From a virus: a stretch of DNA of 64,000 bases. The notes beneath the pieces are model-generated. The model was not told the origin of the DNA, searched no databases, and saw only the letters and a list, made by a program, of their open reading frames with translations. Shown here piece by piece: positions 47,526-57,338 of the stretch. Location of the stretch: IMG/VR virus record IMGVR_UViG_3300048583_000034, positions 1-64,000 of that record. One strand, 5' to 3'. Every line of letters begins with the position of its first letter. Positions within the stretch are counted from its first letter, which is position 1. A program made the translations under genes and the position numbers.

Positions 47526-48377
47526 ATGATTACTGCAAAGATTATCGCGGACAGCGTCTCCCCACACAATAAAAGATTGACAACATTTGAATTGGAATAC
47601 CCGAGGTTTATCCATTCAGAACTGCTAACCCATCGAATGTTATCAAAGAACGCTGCATCGTCCAGAGCAATCCCTTTGAAGACTATGATCGGTCTAGTGT
47701 GGGACAACCCCGCTGAACCTGTCGAGTGGGGAAAGAACCAGAGTGGGATGCAGGCTAAGGAAAAACTTACAGGGTGGAACCTAGCCTTGGCCAAGTTTCT
47801 TTGGCACTTCTCCGGGAAGCTTGTTTGTATTTTAGCTTGGATGTTAAGCTTCTCTAAAGTTCATAAGCAAATTGCCAACAGAATTCTAGAACCTTGGTCA
47901 CACATTAAAGTTGTAGCTAGTGCAACTGATTGGGATAACTTCTTCCATCTTAGGAACCACAAAGATGCCCAGCCTGAGATCCACGAACTTGCGAGACAAA
48001 TGTGGGAGTTATACAAAGCTTCTGAACCAAAAGCTTTGAGAGAAGGGGAGTGGCATTTGCCATATTTGGATGGATATAATGTTTTTCCAGATGAAGATTT
48101 TGTCCCATTTAAAGATAATGACATTTCATTATCAGATGCTAAGAAATTATCTGCATCTCTTTGCGCTCAAACATCTTATAGAAAAGCTGACGAGTCTATC
48201 GAAAAAGCTTTGGGTATCTATGATCGCTTAGTAATATCCGTTCCCGTCCATGCTTCCCCATTCGAACACCAAGCTACACCAGCTAAGAGCAACATTGTGA
48301 TTTCTGGTAATTTTAGAGGTTGGGTGCAGTTTAGACAAGAAATCCCGAATAACGTTTGTAAGAAATACGTCGCATGA
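47526..48377 (+). CDS. thyX: FAD-dependent thymidylate synthase
   Basis: ELLTHR, SSRAIP, HKQIANR.LEP, AQPEI and HASPFEH; promoter TTGACT-N16-TATAAT. Confidence 0.9.
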   Translation: MITAKIIADSVSPHNKRLTTFELEYPRFIHSELLTHRMLSKNAASSRAIPLKTMIGLVWDNPAEPVEWGKNQSGMQAKEKLTGWNLALAKFLWHFSGKLVCILAWMLSFSKVHKQIANRILEPWSHIKVVASATDWDNFFHLRNHKDAQPEIHELARQMWELYKASEPKALREGEWHLPYLDGYNVFPDEDFVPFKDNDISLSDAKKLSASLCAQTSYRKADESIEKALGIYDRLVISVPVHASPFEHQATPAKSNIVISGNFRGWVQFRQEIPNNVCKKYVA

Positions 48378-48631
48378 TTACATTAGATGGGACATATACC
48401 GAAGGTCTACAAGAACTAGAATACGTATGCAGAGTTATACCATACCATGGAGACTATTATGACCCCATTGGAAGATTGATGACAATTGATCATGGTGATG
48501 TCCTCTATATGTTGGGTAAGGGAACATGGTTCGCATTATACCAAACACATGAGAAAAGACTTCAGACATTAGAATCTTTGAATATCTCCGCAATGGAACA
48601 ATTAAATAATTTACCAACCTATGTCACCTAA
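48374..48631 (+). CDS. Hypothetical protein
   Basis: ORF track. Confidence 0.5.
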   Translation: MITLDGTYTEGLQELEYVCRVIPYHGDYYDPIGRLMTIDHGDVLYMLGKGTWFALYQTHEKRLQTLESLNISAMEQLNNLPTYVT

Positions 48632-49004
48632 GAAATTCAGAGCTTATTATAAAGGGGATTTTGAAACTCCTGATGGTCCTTTAAAGTTTGAACAAAAGGT
48701 TATCCATGATGAACTTTGGTTTGCATATGATGAAATTCTCAAATACCCTTTTGAATTTCCTTTCTTAGATGATGGTTGGATTATTAATCAATGGACTGGG
48801 TTATCGGACAAACATGGTAAAGAGATCTACGAAGGTGATATCGTTTATAGTCCCAAGATGGATTATAACTTGGTATGTAAGTGGGATGTTCGTGGGTGTT
48901 GGGTTTTTAGATTACATGATGATGATAAAAGCTTCCATCTGTATTCTACAGAGGACACATTCGAAATCGTGGGTAATTTATATGAAAACCCTGAATTAAT
49001 ATAA
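48621..49004 (+). CDS. YopX-family protein
   Basis: QWTGL.DKHGKEIYEGDI and IVGNLYENPEL motifs. Confidence 0.85.
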   Translation: MSPKKFRAYYKGDFETPDGPLKFEQKVIHDELWFAYDEILKYPFEFPFLDDGWIINQWTGLSDKHGKEIYEGDIVYSPKMDYNLVCKWDVRGCWVFRLHDDDKSFHLYSTEDTFEIVGNLYENPELI

Positions 49005-49053
49005 TCGTGCAAAAAGTGCAGAAAAATAATCCTCTAGATTAAATATAGGTGCT

Positions 49054-49605
49054 ATGAATGGACAGATTATAGAAACTCCAAAATCATCAACGATTGATGA
49101 GGCTTGGAAAATGATACCTTCATACGAAGATTATATGATATCCAATTTGGGCAGAGTTAGTTCAAAAAAAGGTAATGCGATTGCTCATACTTTAATGAGT
49201 CCAACCAACATGAATGGCTATAAAAGAATCAAGTTGAGCAAATTTGGGAAAAGTAAAACCTATTTGGTTCATAGATTAGTTCTAATAGCGTTTATAGGGA
49301 TAGATGAAACAAAATCCTTTGCTAATCACAAAAATGGTAATAGGTCAGATAATCGATTAGATAATTTAGAATGGGTAACTGCTAAAGAAAATGTCAAACA
49401 TGGGTTTGATGTGTTGGGCAGGACCATGAATTTCGTTAAACCCGTTACACAATATTTAGAAAATGATAGTTTTGTAAAAGATTGGACATCTATTATGGAA
49501 GCGAGTAAAGGCTTGGGCCTATCTCATTCGTCAATTTCTCAATGTTGCACCCAGAAAAGAAAATCTTGTGGTGGTTATATGTGGAAATATTCAAACCAAA
49601 AATAA
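49054..49605 (+). CDS. NUMOD4-HNH-NUMOD1 homing endonuclease
   Basis: Y.ISNLGRV, VHRLV, NHKNG...DN...NLEWVT..EN and GGY.W.Y motifs. Confidence 0.9.
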   Translation: MNGQIIETPKSSTIDEAWKMIPSYEDYMISNLGRVSSKKGNAIAHTLMSPTNMNGYKRIKLSKFGKSKTYLVHRLVLIAFIGIDETKSFANHKNGNRSDNRLDNLEWVTAKENVKHGFDVLGRTMNFVKPVTQYLENDSFVKDWTSIMEASKGLGLSHSSISQCCTQKRKSCGGYMWKYSNQK

Positions 49606-49607
49606 AT

Positions 49608-49808
49608 ATGAGTATAATTAGAATCGATAAACATAGTGTTCGCTTATGCTGCAACAAGCGAAACTGCCCCGTAGTCACCGATTTGGGTAATGGAATTATT
49701 CAAATAACGGATGATGATGGTAAAACTATCACCATGAAGCAAGAAGAAGCCGAGATTTTATCTGACGGTGCCAAACTTCTAAAAGGGGAAAAATTGATCC
49801 TTGGCTGA
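49608..49808 (+). CDS. Hypothetical protein
   Basis: LCC...CP motif; start trimmed. Confidence 0.55.
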   Translation: MSIIRIDKHSVRLCCNKRNCPVVTDLGNGIIQITDDDGKTITMKQEEAEILSDGAKLLKGEKLILG

Positions 49809-50091
49809 GTTAATCCAACAATCTTTGACGCTAATAGGCTGTTGCTTTATTATAAAGTATGGAAGTATATTAGAACCAATTAAAACCAATTTATACAAAA
49901 TCCACAAACTAAAAGAATTATTAACATGCTCACTTTGCTTAGGTTTTTGGATAGGTATCATCTTTGGATTGCTATGGACTGGTTTAACTATACATGTGTT
50001 GGAATCAGCATTTTATTCTTCATGCATATGTTGGCTAGCTGATCATCTGCTGATGGTCATGCAAAGGTATATTTACGGAGAGGATAGTTAA
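49801..50091 (+). CDS. DUF1360-like membrane protein
   Basis: LLTCSLCLGFW motif plus TM segments. Confidence 0.6.
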   Translation: MAELIQQSLTLIGCCFIIKYGSILEPIKTNLYKIHKLKELLTCSLCLGFWIGIIFGLLWTGLTIHVLESAFYSSCICWLADHLLMVMQRYIYGEDS

Positions 50092-50099
50092 ATATTTGA

Positions 50100-52472
50100 A
50101 TGAAGTTTAATCAAATAGTCGAAAGGCTAAATCCTTTCCTACTACATGAAAGGTATTATAATTATACCTTCCCAGAAAAAAAGTCATTACAGATGTATGA
50201 CTTCTATGTTTTGGATTATTTGAGATATCTGGTGGAGAATATGTCTCCAAAAAATTTTCGAGACCTTCCTATGGATTTGGAAGATAGTGTTAAGGACTCG
50301 GTGAATAAATTGTTCCCTGCCCTGAGACAGGAATTGTTGAACGCAGTATTCTATGCCGTGTGTGCTGAGATGCGACATTCAGATGGTTCCAATGGTGGAA
50401 ATAAATCACATAGGCAATTGTTCACTGGTGGAACAAAAGATGCCAAGATTTATAATGCATATTTGAAATATATGCTATACCATAAGGCCAATGATAACGA
50501 CAAGAAAGAGTTGGTTGATATCCATGGTGCGGAGAAGCCTAGAACTAGAGCACAGATCCCTTCGACCGAAGTTGATAATGATGAATTGAGAAATACTTCT
50601 TATAAGGCAGCTAGATATGCCATTAAGAAAACTGGTTTATCTGAGAAAGATTTCATGGAGATGTGTCTAAAGATCTTCACTGAAGGTGGATGGTCTCAAT
50701 CCTATGGTGGAAACGCTTGGGGATCAATTGCAAAGGGGTGGCTTATGCTTAATGATGCTGACCAAATCAATCCACCACCAGCAAGAAAAGGTTCAGAGGA
50801 TCGTGCCAAGAAGCCTATGAGTGTGGCTATTGACCACGTTTATGATTTACAACACAATACTGATACTGTCTTCAATAAACTCAAGAGTTATTATGGAGAT
50901 AGTGGATATGCTTGGATTGGTAACGTCCTAGACCACAAAGCAAATACTCATAGTTATTTTGATTTACTTAGCCATTGCTCTAGCATGGTTAAGAATATGG
51001 CACAGCCTATATTATATAATCGTCTAGGTTCTACTTGGGAGAATGATATCAAAAATACCTCCCCAGAAGATGATATAGACTTAGGGCAATACAATAAAAA
51101 GGCGATGTATTATATCGAAGAACCGATCAATGGTAAATTTGTTATATGCACACACCCATTGGCATCTGCTGGCTTCACAAGAGATAAAATTTATAAAGTC
51201 CTCAACTATAAGGATGGTTCTCTTCTTCTTAGAAATGATGAGAAAAAGATTAAAAAAGTTTCAACTGGATATTTCAATCTTTTAGTTAAAAAAGGCGATG
51301 AGGTGGAACAAATTGCTCTCGAAGAGCCTACACCTCAAAATACGAGTAGTAATATTCCTAACACAGATGTTCACAAATCTAAGTATTATAGCGATGTTGT
51401 GACTGGGGACAAGTTGAGAGTTGTCGATGCAGATGGATCGGGAATATTTGGAGATGGTGATATTATCACATATATTAAAGACACATATGATACCCACGAT
51501 GATAAAAAAATGATTGATATCATCGTAGATAAAAACGGTAAGAAATCTTCTGGGTGGAGGAGTAAAAGATTCGAACCTATTAAAAAAACAATAGAAAAAA
51601 CTCATAAATTCAAAAAAGGAGACATGGCTAAGTGTATCGATGACTCTGGTTGGGCTGAAGGTGTCCTAACCAAAGGAAAATTATATGAAGTTTTACATTA
51701 TTCCATAGATGGAGAATCTGAGGAATTTAATACGATTGGATTTGTAGACGACAATGGTGACAAAATTTCTGCATATGTCAAAAGATTTGAACCACCAAAG
51801 GAAAACACGGGATCATTTGAAGAAACCTCGGAATCAGGAACCTTTAAAGTGGGTGACAAGGTAAAATTAAAATATGGTGAATCATACCCCGGCTTAACAC
51901 CGGGTAAAGTATATACTATTACCACCCTACCTGTTTCTAATGATCCAAAAAAATTAACTGCGGTTATTGATAACGATGATGATGTTAATGTTATATTTAT
52001 TTCTAGGTTAGAACCAGTAGATGTCTCTCAGAAAAATAAACCGGGATTTTTCGAGATTGGTTCCAAAGTTAAATTAAAGAGCAACGAACATTACCCAAAC
52101 GTTACAAGTGGTAAAGTTTATACGGTCGTAAGACCTAAGTTCATCTCAAGTGATAAATATATTATAACTTATATAACTGGAGATAATGGGGGAGTTATAG
52201 GGTTGTATAACACTAGGCTTCAACAAGTTAGGGATAGACCATCACAAATTGACGCCATAGCCAAGACAGAAGAAATGACCCAACCAAAACTTAAAATTGG
52301 TGATCGTGTGTCATATACTGGAGCTGATGGCAAAACACATACCGGAAAAATTTCACAGGCTAACTCATGGAGTGCCTTGGTTAATTGGGATGATGGGGTG
52401 GTAACACATTCAGTGCCTTTAAATACTCTAACCAAAATAGACTCTTCCAAATTTAGAGACATAAAGATATGA
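50100..52472 (+). CDS. Large late protein: YGG..W/DL.HNT domain plus tandem SH3-like repeats
   Basis: N-domain paralogous to 55362..56126; about six FKVGDKV...LT.GK.Y repeats. Confidence 0.6.
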   Translation: MKFNQIVERLNPFLLHERYYNYTFPEKKSLQMYDFYVLDYLRYLVENMSPKNFRDLPMDLEDSVKDSVNKLFPALRQELLNAVFYAVCAEMRHSDGSNGGNKSHRQLFTGGTKDAKIYNAYLKYMLYHKANDNDKKELVDIHGAEKPRTRAQIPSTEVDNDELRNTSYKAARYAIKKTGLSEKDFMEMCLKIFTEGGWSQSYGGNAWGSIAKGWLMLNDADQINPPPARKGSEDRAKKPMSVAIDHVYDLQHNTDTVFNKLKSYYGDSGYAWIGNVLDHKANTHSYFDLLSHCSSMVKNMAQPILYNRLGSTWENDIKNTSPEDDIDLGQYNKKAMYYIEEPINGKFVICTHPLASAGFTRDKIYKVLNYKDGSLLLRNDEKKIKKVSTGYFNLLVKKGDEVEQIALEEPTPQNTSSNIPNTDVHKSKYYSDVVTGDKLRVVDADGSGIFGDGDIITYIKDTYDTHDDKKMIDIIVDKNGKKSSGWRSKRFEPIKKTIEKTHKFKKGDMAKCIDDSGWAEGVLTKGKLYEVLHYSIDGESEEFNTIGFVDDNGDKISAYVKRFEPPKENTGSFEETSESGTFKVGDKVKLKYGESYPGLTPGKVYTITTLPVSNDPKKLTAVIDNDDDVNVIFISRLEPVDVSQKNKPGFFEIGSKVKLKSNEHYPNVTSGKVYTVVRPKFISSDKYIITYITGDNGGVIGLYNTRLQQVRDRPSQIDAIAKTEEMTQPKLKIGDRVSYTGADGKTHTGKISQANSWSALVNWDDGVVTHSVPLNTLTKIDSSKFRDIKI

Positions 52473-52686
52473 CAACTAGAGTCAATTGGAACGATCCATA
52501 CGATGTTCTAATCTGTCACCCATCTATGTTGACTTTCTTGAAAACCATGATATCTTTGAGAAGTTAAATGAATTATGATAACATAAAAATTCTCCCCGTT
52601 CCAAAATTAGAAGGGGAGAATTTAAATAGATGGCTCAAAAGAGAATCAGCAAGATATGGAATTGAACATCTTAAAGATGGTAGGTT

Positions 52687-54210
52687 TTACCTTAAGAGAT
52701 TCTTCAACATCTGAGAATAAGCTTCTTGGAACGGTCCAGAAAGAATCAACCCAGCAATCTCTTTCATCCTTTGCTCATCTGGATCTTCTCCAGCGTTCAA
52801 CGTCTCTAGAACATATTCGTTTAGAGCGTCAGTTATTGAGCGAAAGTGTGTCTTATCCTTTTGCAAGACCGGAAACCAAGTCATAAGTTTAGCCCCATCG
52901 AAATATTGCTTTAACTTAAGTCTCGTTTCGTCTCTGGTTCCACCAATACGTTGAACCTTCTCTTCTGCTCTAGCAATCTTAGCGTTGAATTCATCAGCGT
53001 TAAAATGTGCTGGTCCTCTGGAAGCTTCGTCGCAATATCCAACAGCTTTCACAACTTCCCATGCTGGGTCGTTAATAAGAGCAGTCAGAGTCTTGATGTT
53101 AAGTTTATCCAGATTATGAATAAGCATATGCTTCTCCACAGCAAATAGAATATGTTTCTTATCTTGGGGAGAGAGTTCCGAGAACTTTAACGTCCTGAAG
53201 ATCCTATCCACGATAGGAACACCTGCTCCATCATGACCGTGATAGTTCGAGAAGCCATTATCCTTACGTCCTCTCGTAGTCGCTTTACCAAAGTCATGGA
53301 AAAGAACGGCAAGGTTTATAACGGGATCAGTATATGGGGACACTTTCAAACATTCATAGATATGTCCCAGCACTTGAGCATCACCTTCTGGATGATGTTG
53401 GGGATCATGATCGAATCCTTCCATAGCAGTAAACTCGGGAAGAATGTCGTGTAGAATGCCCGTCTCTTGTAACTTGTGTAGAAAGTTCGCCAGAGTCTTA
53501 CCAGACTTCGCAGACTTATAAAACTCTTTGGAAATGCTTTCCTTGGAAATCGCCTCTGGATTAGATAACAAACTCTTTAGTTCGATAGCAGCTTGTTTGG
53601 TTCCTTCTTCAATATCGAAGCCCATCTTAGCAGCAAATCTAAAGACACGTAGAATTCTAGTGGCATCTTCCTGAAATCTCTTTTTTGGATCACCCACAGC
53701 ACGCACCAGAGAGTTTTTCAAGTCCTCCAGACCACCCTGAAAGTCCACGATCTGTCCAGACGCATCCAGACCAAAGGAATTGATCGTAAGGTCTCTACGC
53801 GCAGTGTCAGCTTCAAAGGAATCCGTCTCAGTGGAGACGTTGTTCTGTCTCCCGATGTCTCCCGAATCCGTTCTGAATTTCGCAAGGTCATACCAATAGT
53901 TTCCCCACTTAATTGTAAACACAGGTTGTAAATCATCCTTAGAGATATTTCTCATCTCATAAAGTTCTGATAACTTCTCCAGAGGAATATTGGTGGCCAT
54001 ATCCACATCATCAATTTCATTCCCCATAAGAAGATCTCTAGGAACCCCACCAACAATATAAATATCACCCTTTAGTTTTGACTTGATATTCTTCATTAAA
54101 TCAAGAGCAACTCTCAATTCTTCAGAAGATTCCACAGCTTTTATCCACTTGGCATCAAAGTCATCACCATACTTCTCTAGAAGCATATAGCGCAGTTTGT
54201 CGAATTTCAT
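52687..54210 (-). CDS. cca: CCA-adding enzyme (class II nucleotidyltransferase) with HD domain
   Basis: VGGVPRD, DVD, RRDLTIN, EDATRILR, HHPEG and LFHDFGK motifs. Confidence 0.88.
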   Translation of the reverse strand: MKFDKLRYMLLEKYGDDFDAKWIKAVESSEELRVALDLMKNIKSKLKGDIYIVGGVPRDLLMGNEIDDVDMATNIPLEKLSELYEMRNISKDDLQPVFTIKWGNYWYDLAKFRTDSGDIGRQNNVSTETDSFEADTARRDLTINSFGLDASGQIVDFQGGLEDLKNSLVRAVGDPKKRFQEDATRILRVFRFAAKMGFDIEEGTKQAAIELKSLLSNPEAISKESISKEFYKSAKSGKTLANFLHKLQETGILHDILPEFTAMEGFDHDPQHHPEGDAQVLGHIYECLKVSPYTDPVINLAVLFHDFGKATTRGRKDNGFSNYHGHDGAGVPIVDRIFRTLKFSELSPQDKKHILFAVEKHMLIHNLDKLNIKTLTALINDPAWEVVKAVGYCDEASRGPAHFNADEFNAKIARAEEKVQRIGGTRDETRLKLKQYFDGAKLMTWFPVLQKDKTHFRSITDALNEYVLETLNAGEDPDEQRMKEIAGLILSGPFQEAYSQMLKNLLR

Positions 54211-54237
54211 ATTTGTATTTAAACGATAACCTAGTGT

Positions 54238-55104
54238 TTAAAAGGGTAAATCGTCCTCAGTATCGGGTTCGGTTGGGACTGGTGCCTTCGGTGTTGGCTT
54301 CTTCAGTCTCTTCTTTTTAGGTAACTCACCACCTCTTAAAGTTTTCGGTTGGACATAATCTGGGCTTTCATCATCAAAATAACCTGCTTCCTGTCTGACA
54401 TATTCATCATGATCTCTATAAGCATTAAACTCATAACCTTCCCATACAGGATCTATAAGAACATACTCACCATTAGCACGTTTCATGACATTACCAGCGT
54501 GCCAATCAGGAACACCGCCCCAATTTTCAGACTTCATTACCTTTTCTAGCATATCTTGTCCAACTAAAACATTGTATATTTCTCTGGGGAGGGCATCAAC
54601 TTCTGATTTAAGATCTTCCATAACTGCCTTGGAATCGTTCTCATAAAATCTTATAAGTTGATCTGGATTGTTTTTATAAAAAGTGTATCTATAAACAACC
54701 CCTCTGCCTGCATCTATATCATTAAATTCTCCCTCTTCCAAGGGTTCCAGTTTTTCTATACGAGACACATACATCTCCTTATCATATTCTTCCCTAGCAT
54801 AAAAAGGGACTATTCTTTTAGGTGTCCCATAAAATTTGGGGAAAGGAGGATAAGGATTCTTATAAGCAAAACGAACAAATCTCAAATATGGATCATCCTT
54901 TGTAAATGTCTTGATAACATATGGCCATTTTGGATGAGAATATACGGTCCCATACTTACCAGCACCGATCTGCTTACCACCAGAAGCTTCAAACTCTTTC
55001 ATGAGATCCCACCACCTCTTATCCCTATGTTCCGGGTTCAAAAGAAAGTCCGACACCGTATCAAAGGATTCGTTGATGTGGAAGAAGGAAGTAAATGAGA
55101 TCAT
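54238..55104 (-). CDS. Ser/Thr protein kinase-like (T7 gp0.7-type)
   Basis: IGAGKYGTVY, VIK, DWHAGNVM and LIDPV motifs. Confidence 0.78.
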   Translation of the reverse strand: MISFTSFFHINESFDTVSDFLLNPEHRDKRWWDLMKEFEASGGKQIGAGKYGTVYSHPKWPYVIKTFTKDDPYLRFVRFAYKNPYPPFPKFYGTPKRIVPFYAREEYDKEMYVSRIEKLEPLEEGEFNDIDAGRGVVYRYTFYKNNPDQLIRFYENDSKAVMEDLKSEVDALPREIYNVLVGQDMLEKVMKSENWGGVPDWHAGNVMKRANGEYVLIDPVWEGYEFNAYRDHDEYVRQEAGYFDDESPDYVQPKTLRGGELPKKKRLKKPTPKAPVPTEPDTEDDLPF

Positions 55105-55156
55105 GCCCTAATATTTAAGGATTTGACTTCTTAAAACACTAGGGTATACTATATAC

Positions 55157-55357
55157 ATGATGGAGAGTGACGTTATCAAAATACGTGTGGATGGTCAAGT
55201 ATATCATCACAATTTGGCAGAGTTTTTTAGACAAGTGGCAAACGATATAGAGTTTCGACAAAAACAAGGTTGGGATGGCAAACACCACTCACAACAAGTT
55301 ATGTGTGGAAAACATCTTACGCATTGGTCAATTGAAAAGAAAGATTACGCTAAATAA
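55157..55357 (+). CDS. Hypothetical protein
   Basis: Follows promoter TTGACT-N3-TAAAACACTAG-N2-TATACT. Confidence 0.6.
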   Translation: MMESDVIKIRVDGQVYHHNLAEFFRQVANDIEFRQKQGWDGKHHSQQVMCGKHLTHWSIEKKDYAK

Positions 55358-55361
55358 TTTA

Positions 55362-56126
55362 ATGCTGTCTTTTAATCAATTCTACGAAAAATTTGAACGC
55401 GGAGAACTTCTACCAATTAATAGAAGACGCAAGATTTTAATTGAAGCACTATATGTTTATCCTTCCTCTGGAGACAAAGCTATCATGGATGTATATGCAT
55501 TGTATGCTCTCTGGTGGGAACTCGGTGGTGGCAAGTCATCTTATGGATACGCAGAAACTTCCATAAGAAACGAGAGAGTAAGAGAAAAAGTAGACAGAGC
55601 ATTCGAAGAAGCCTTGACCGTAATCTCAAACAAACTCCTACAGGAAACAAAAGAAGCCATCGCAGACGAAGCAGAGAACATATTTGACGAACACTTAATA
55701 CCCTCAAAAGATGTAGTCCTCTGGTTTAAACAAAACAACCTTTTACCAAAATTAAAGAAAGCCTACAATAATGGAGCAGGTGGCGTTTGGTTTGATACGT
55801 TCTCCTATGACGAAACTATACAGATCTTAGCAGCACCGTTCTGGGAAGAACATGCAAACTTATATGGTGGTAAGAAATGGTCCTCCATAACGGAAGTCAC
55901 CAAACAACTCGATAACGCCATTCGAAGAGAAAACGTTCAGAGTCTATTAAGCACCTTTGACAAGTTCATGGATCTGGAACATAACACAGGATCTCTCTAT
56001 TCCAAATTGAACCAAATGAAAGTCTCCAAAGAAACTCTAGACCTAAGAGCAGGTTTCCAATCAGTAAAGGATTTCCTCCCCTACGTCTCCGACCAAGTTA
56101 AAAAATTCATAGGATTAATGCGATGA
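55362..56126 (+). CDS. Late protein, YGG..W/DLEHNTG family
   Basis: TAAATA-N5-ATG; paralog of the 50100 N-domain. Confidence 0.6.
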   Translation: MLSFNQFYEKFERGELLPINRRRKILIEALYVYPSSGDKAIMDVYALYALWWELGGGKSSYGYAETSIRNERVREKVDRAFEEALTVISNKLLQETKEAIADEAENIFDEHLIPSKDVVLWFKQNNLLPKLKKAYNNGAGGVWFDTFSYDETIQILAAPFWEEHANLYGGKKWSSITEVTKQLDNAIRRENVQSLLSTFDKFMDLEHNTGSLYSKLNQMKVSKETLDLRAGFQSVKDFLPYVSDQVKKFIGLMR

Positions 56127-56401
56127 AACCAGTGAATTATAATGAACTCTCCCGAGAACAAAGGCGAGAAGTTCGTATACAATATATTGAGGATCAAAAA
56201 GGTTTGTGTGCTCATTGCAAGGGATCTCTAAGAGAATCACCACCTAGGGAAATATCAAGTAAGTATATTAATAAAAACCTGTTCCCCGCAAACTTCTTTA
56301 ATTGGCCCGTGCATCTCCACCACGATCACGATACAGGCATGACCATAGGAGCAGTTCACGCAAAATGTAATGCGGTTCTCTGGCAATATCATGGAGAGTG
56401 A
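56123..56401 (+). CDS. Endonuclease VII-like protein
   Basis: QKGLCAHC and LHHDHDTG...G..H..CN motifs. Confidence 0.7.
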   Translation: MKPVNYNELSREQRREVRIQYIEDQKGLCAHCKGSLRESPPREISSKYINKNLFPANFFNWPVHLHHDHDTGMTIGAVHAKCNAVLWQYHGE

Positions 56402-56530
56402 TAAAACCCGAAGTATTTCATAAAACACTAGATTAGGATGTGGTCGCAACAATTTCGGGAAAAATCCTGTGATCATTTTCATAATTTTATTAAAAAATTT
56501 TTTCTATGGCCTCCCCAAATTTCAATTTCT

Positions 56531-56597
56531 ATCTGATATCTATCTGCTATTCCTAACACGGGGTGTTCACATGAACACTATCAGATAGATATCAGAT
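56531..56597. repeat. 16-bp perfect inverted repeat with an internal palindrome
   Basis: ATCTGATATCTATCTG / CAGATAGATATCAGAT; inner GTGTTCA-CA-TGAACAC. Confidence 0.85.
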
Positions 56598-56602
56598 GCG
56601 AC

Positions 56603-56645
56603 AAAAAAAGCCCTAGCAAGAACCAATGATGGAACTTGCTAGGGC
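56603..56645 (-). terminator. Intrinsic terminator ending the leftward units
   Basis: GCCCTAGCAAG/CTTGCTAGGGC plus T7. Confidence 0.85.
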
Positions 56646-56839
56646 AAACACAACCAACCAAAAAAGGTTAGGAAATTTCACAGGGTTTTTCAGGTTGACC
56701 CTCAACCGTTGGCGATGGTTCCCTTTCCATCATGAGGACTGCGCCCAGTAGCTAACTGGCACGCCTAACTCATGACCCTCTCCGCACTCACGGGAGGCAC
56801 CCCACCGGGTGGATGAAAGGGGTTAGGGTTAAAAAGTGA

Positions 56840-56971
56840 TTAGCACCCGCAGCAGGGGGCATCCTCGCACCCGCAGGGTGCATCATTAGGACTGTCCATC
56901 CCATCCTCCCAGAGGGAAAGGGCGAGAGCAAAGAAGGCGAGCTTGGCTTGGCGAGATGTGGTGATTCTCAT
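56840..56971 (-). CDS. 43-aa Cys-rich peptide (not in ORF track)
   Basis: Ends DAPCGCEDAPCCGC; starts 6 nt after the -10 element. Confidence 0.65.
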   Translation of the reverse strand: MRITTSRQAKLAFFALALSLWEDGMDSPNDAPCGCEDAPCCGC

Positions 56972-56998
56972 AAGTGGATTCTATTCTAGTGTTTAATC

Positions 56999-57223
56999 TC
57001 AGACGTTTCGCCATCCATAAGTGCGGACAGCGTAATCACCAGAGGGAAGCTTGCGGATGCTGGACACACCTTGCGAGACATGCCCGCAACAGTCATGCTC
57101 ACAGTGGCAGCGATAGCGCATGTGAGATTGAATCTCATTCTCATCCGCAGCGCGGACGATGGAGATGGAACGAACGGACTCACCCGTTTCATCCCATCTA
57201 TCTTTACCTTTAATGATTTCCAT
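56999..57223 (-). CDS. Small Cys/His-rich protein
   Basis: CHCEHDCCGH motif; has its own promoter. Confidence 0.65.
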   Translation of the reverse strand: MEIIKGKDRWDETGESVRSISIVRAADENEIQSHMRYRCHCEHDCCGHVSQGVSSIRKLPSGDYAVRTYGWRNV

Positions 57224-57255
57224 GTGAGTGAATTCTATTCTAGTGTTTAACCTCT

Positions 57256-57338
57256 CCCGGTGGGTGCCTCGTCACGATCCCCGCGATTACTGGCGTATAG
57301 GATTAAAGAGGAATGGGTGAACTGTCGCACCCACCGGG
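57256..57338 (-). ncRNA. Putative small RNA
   Basis: Own promoter, no ORF, 12-bp CCCGGTGGGTGC/GCACCCACCGGG stem. Confidence 0.6.
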
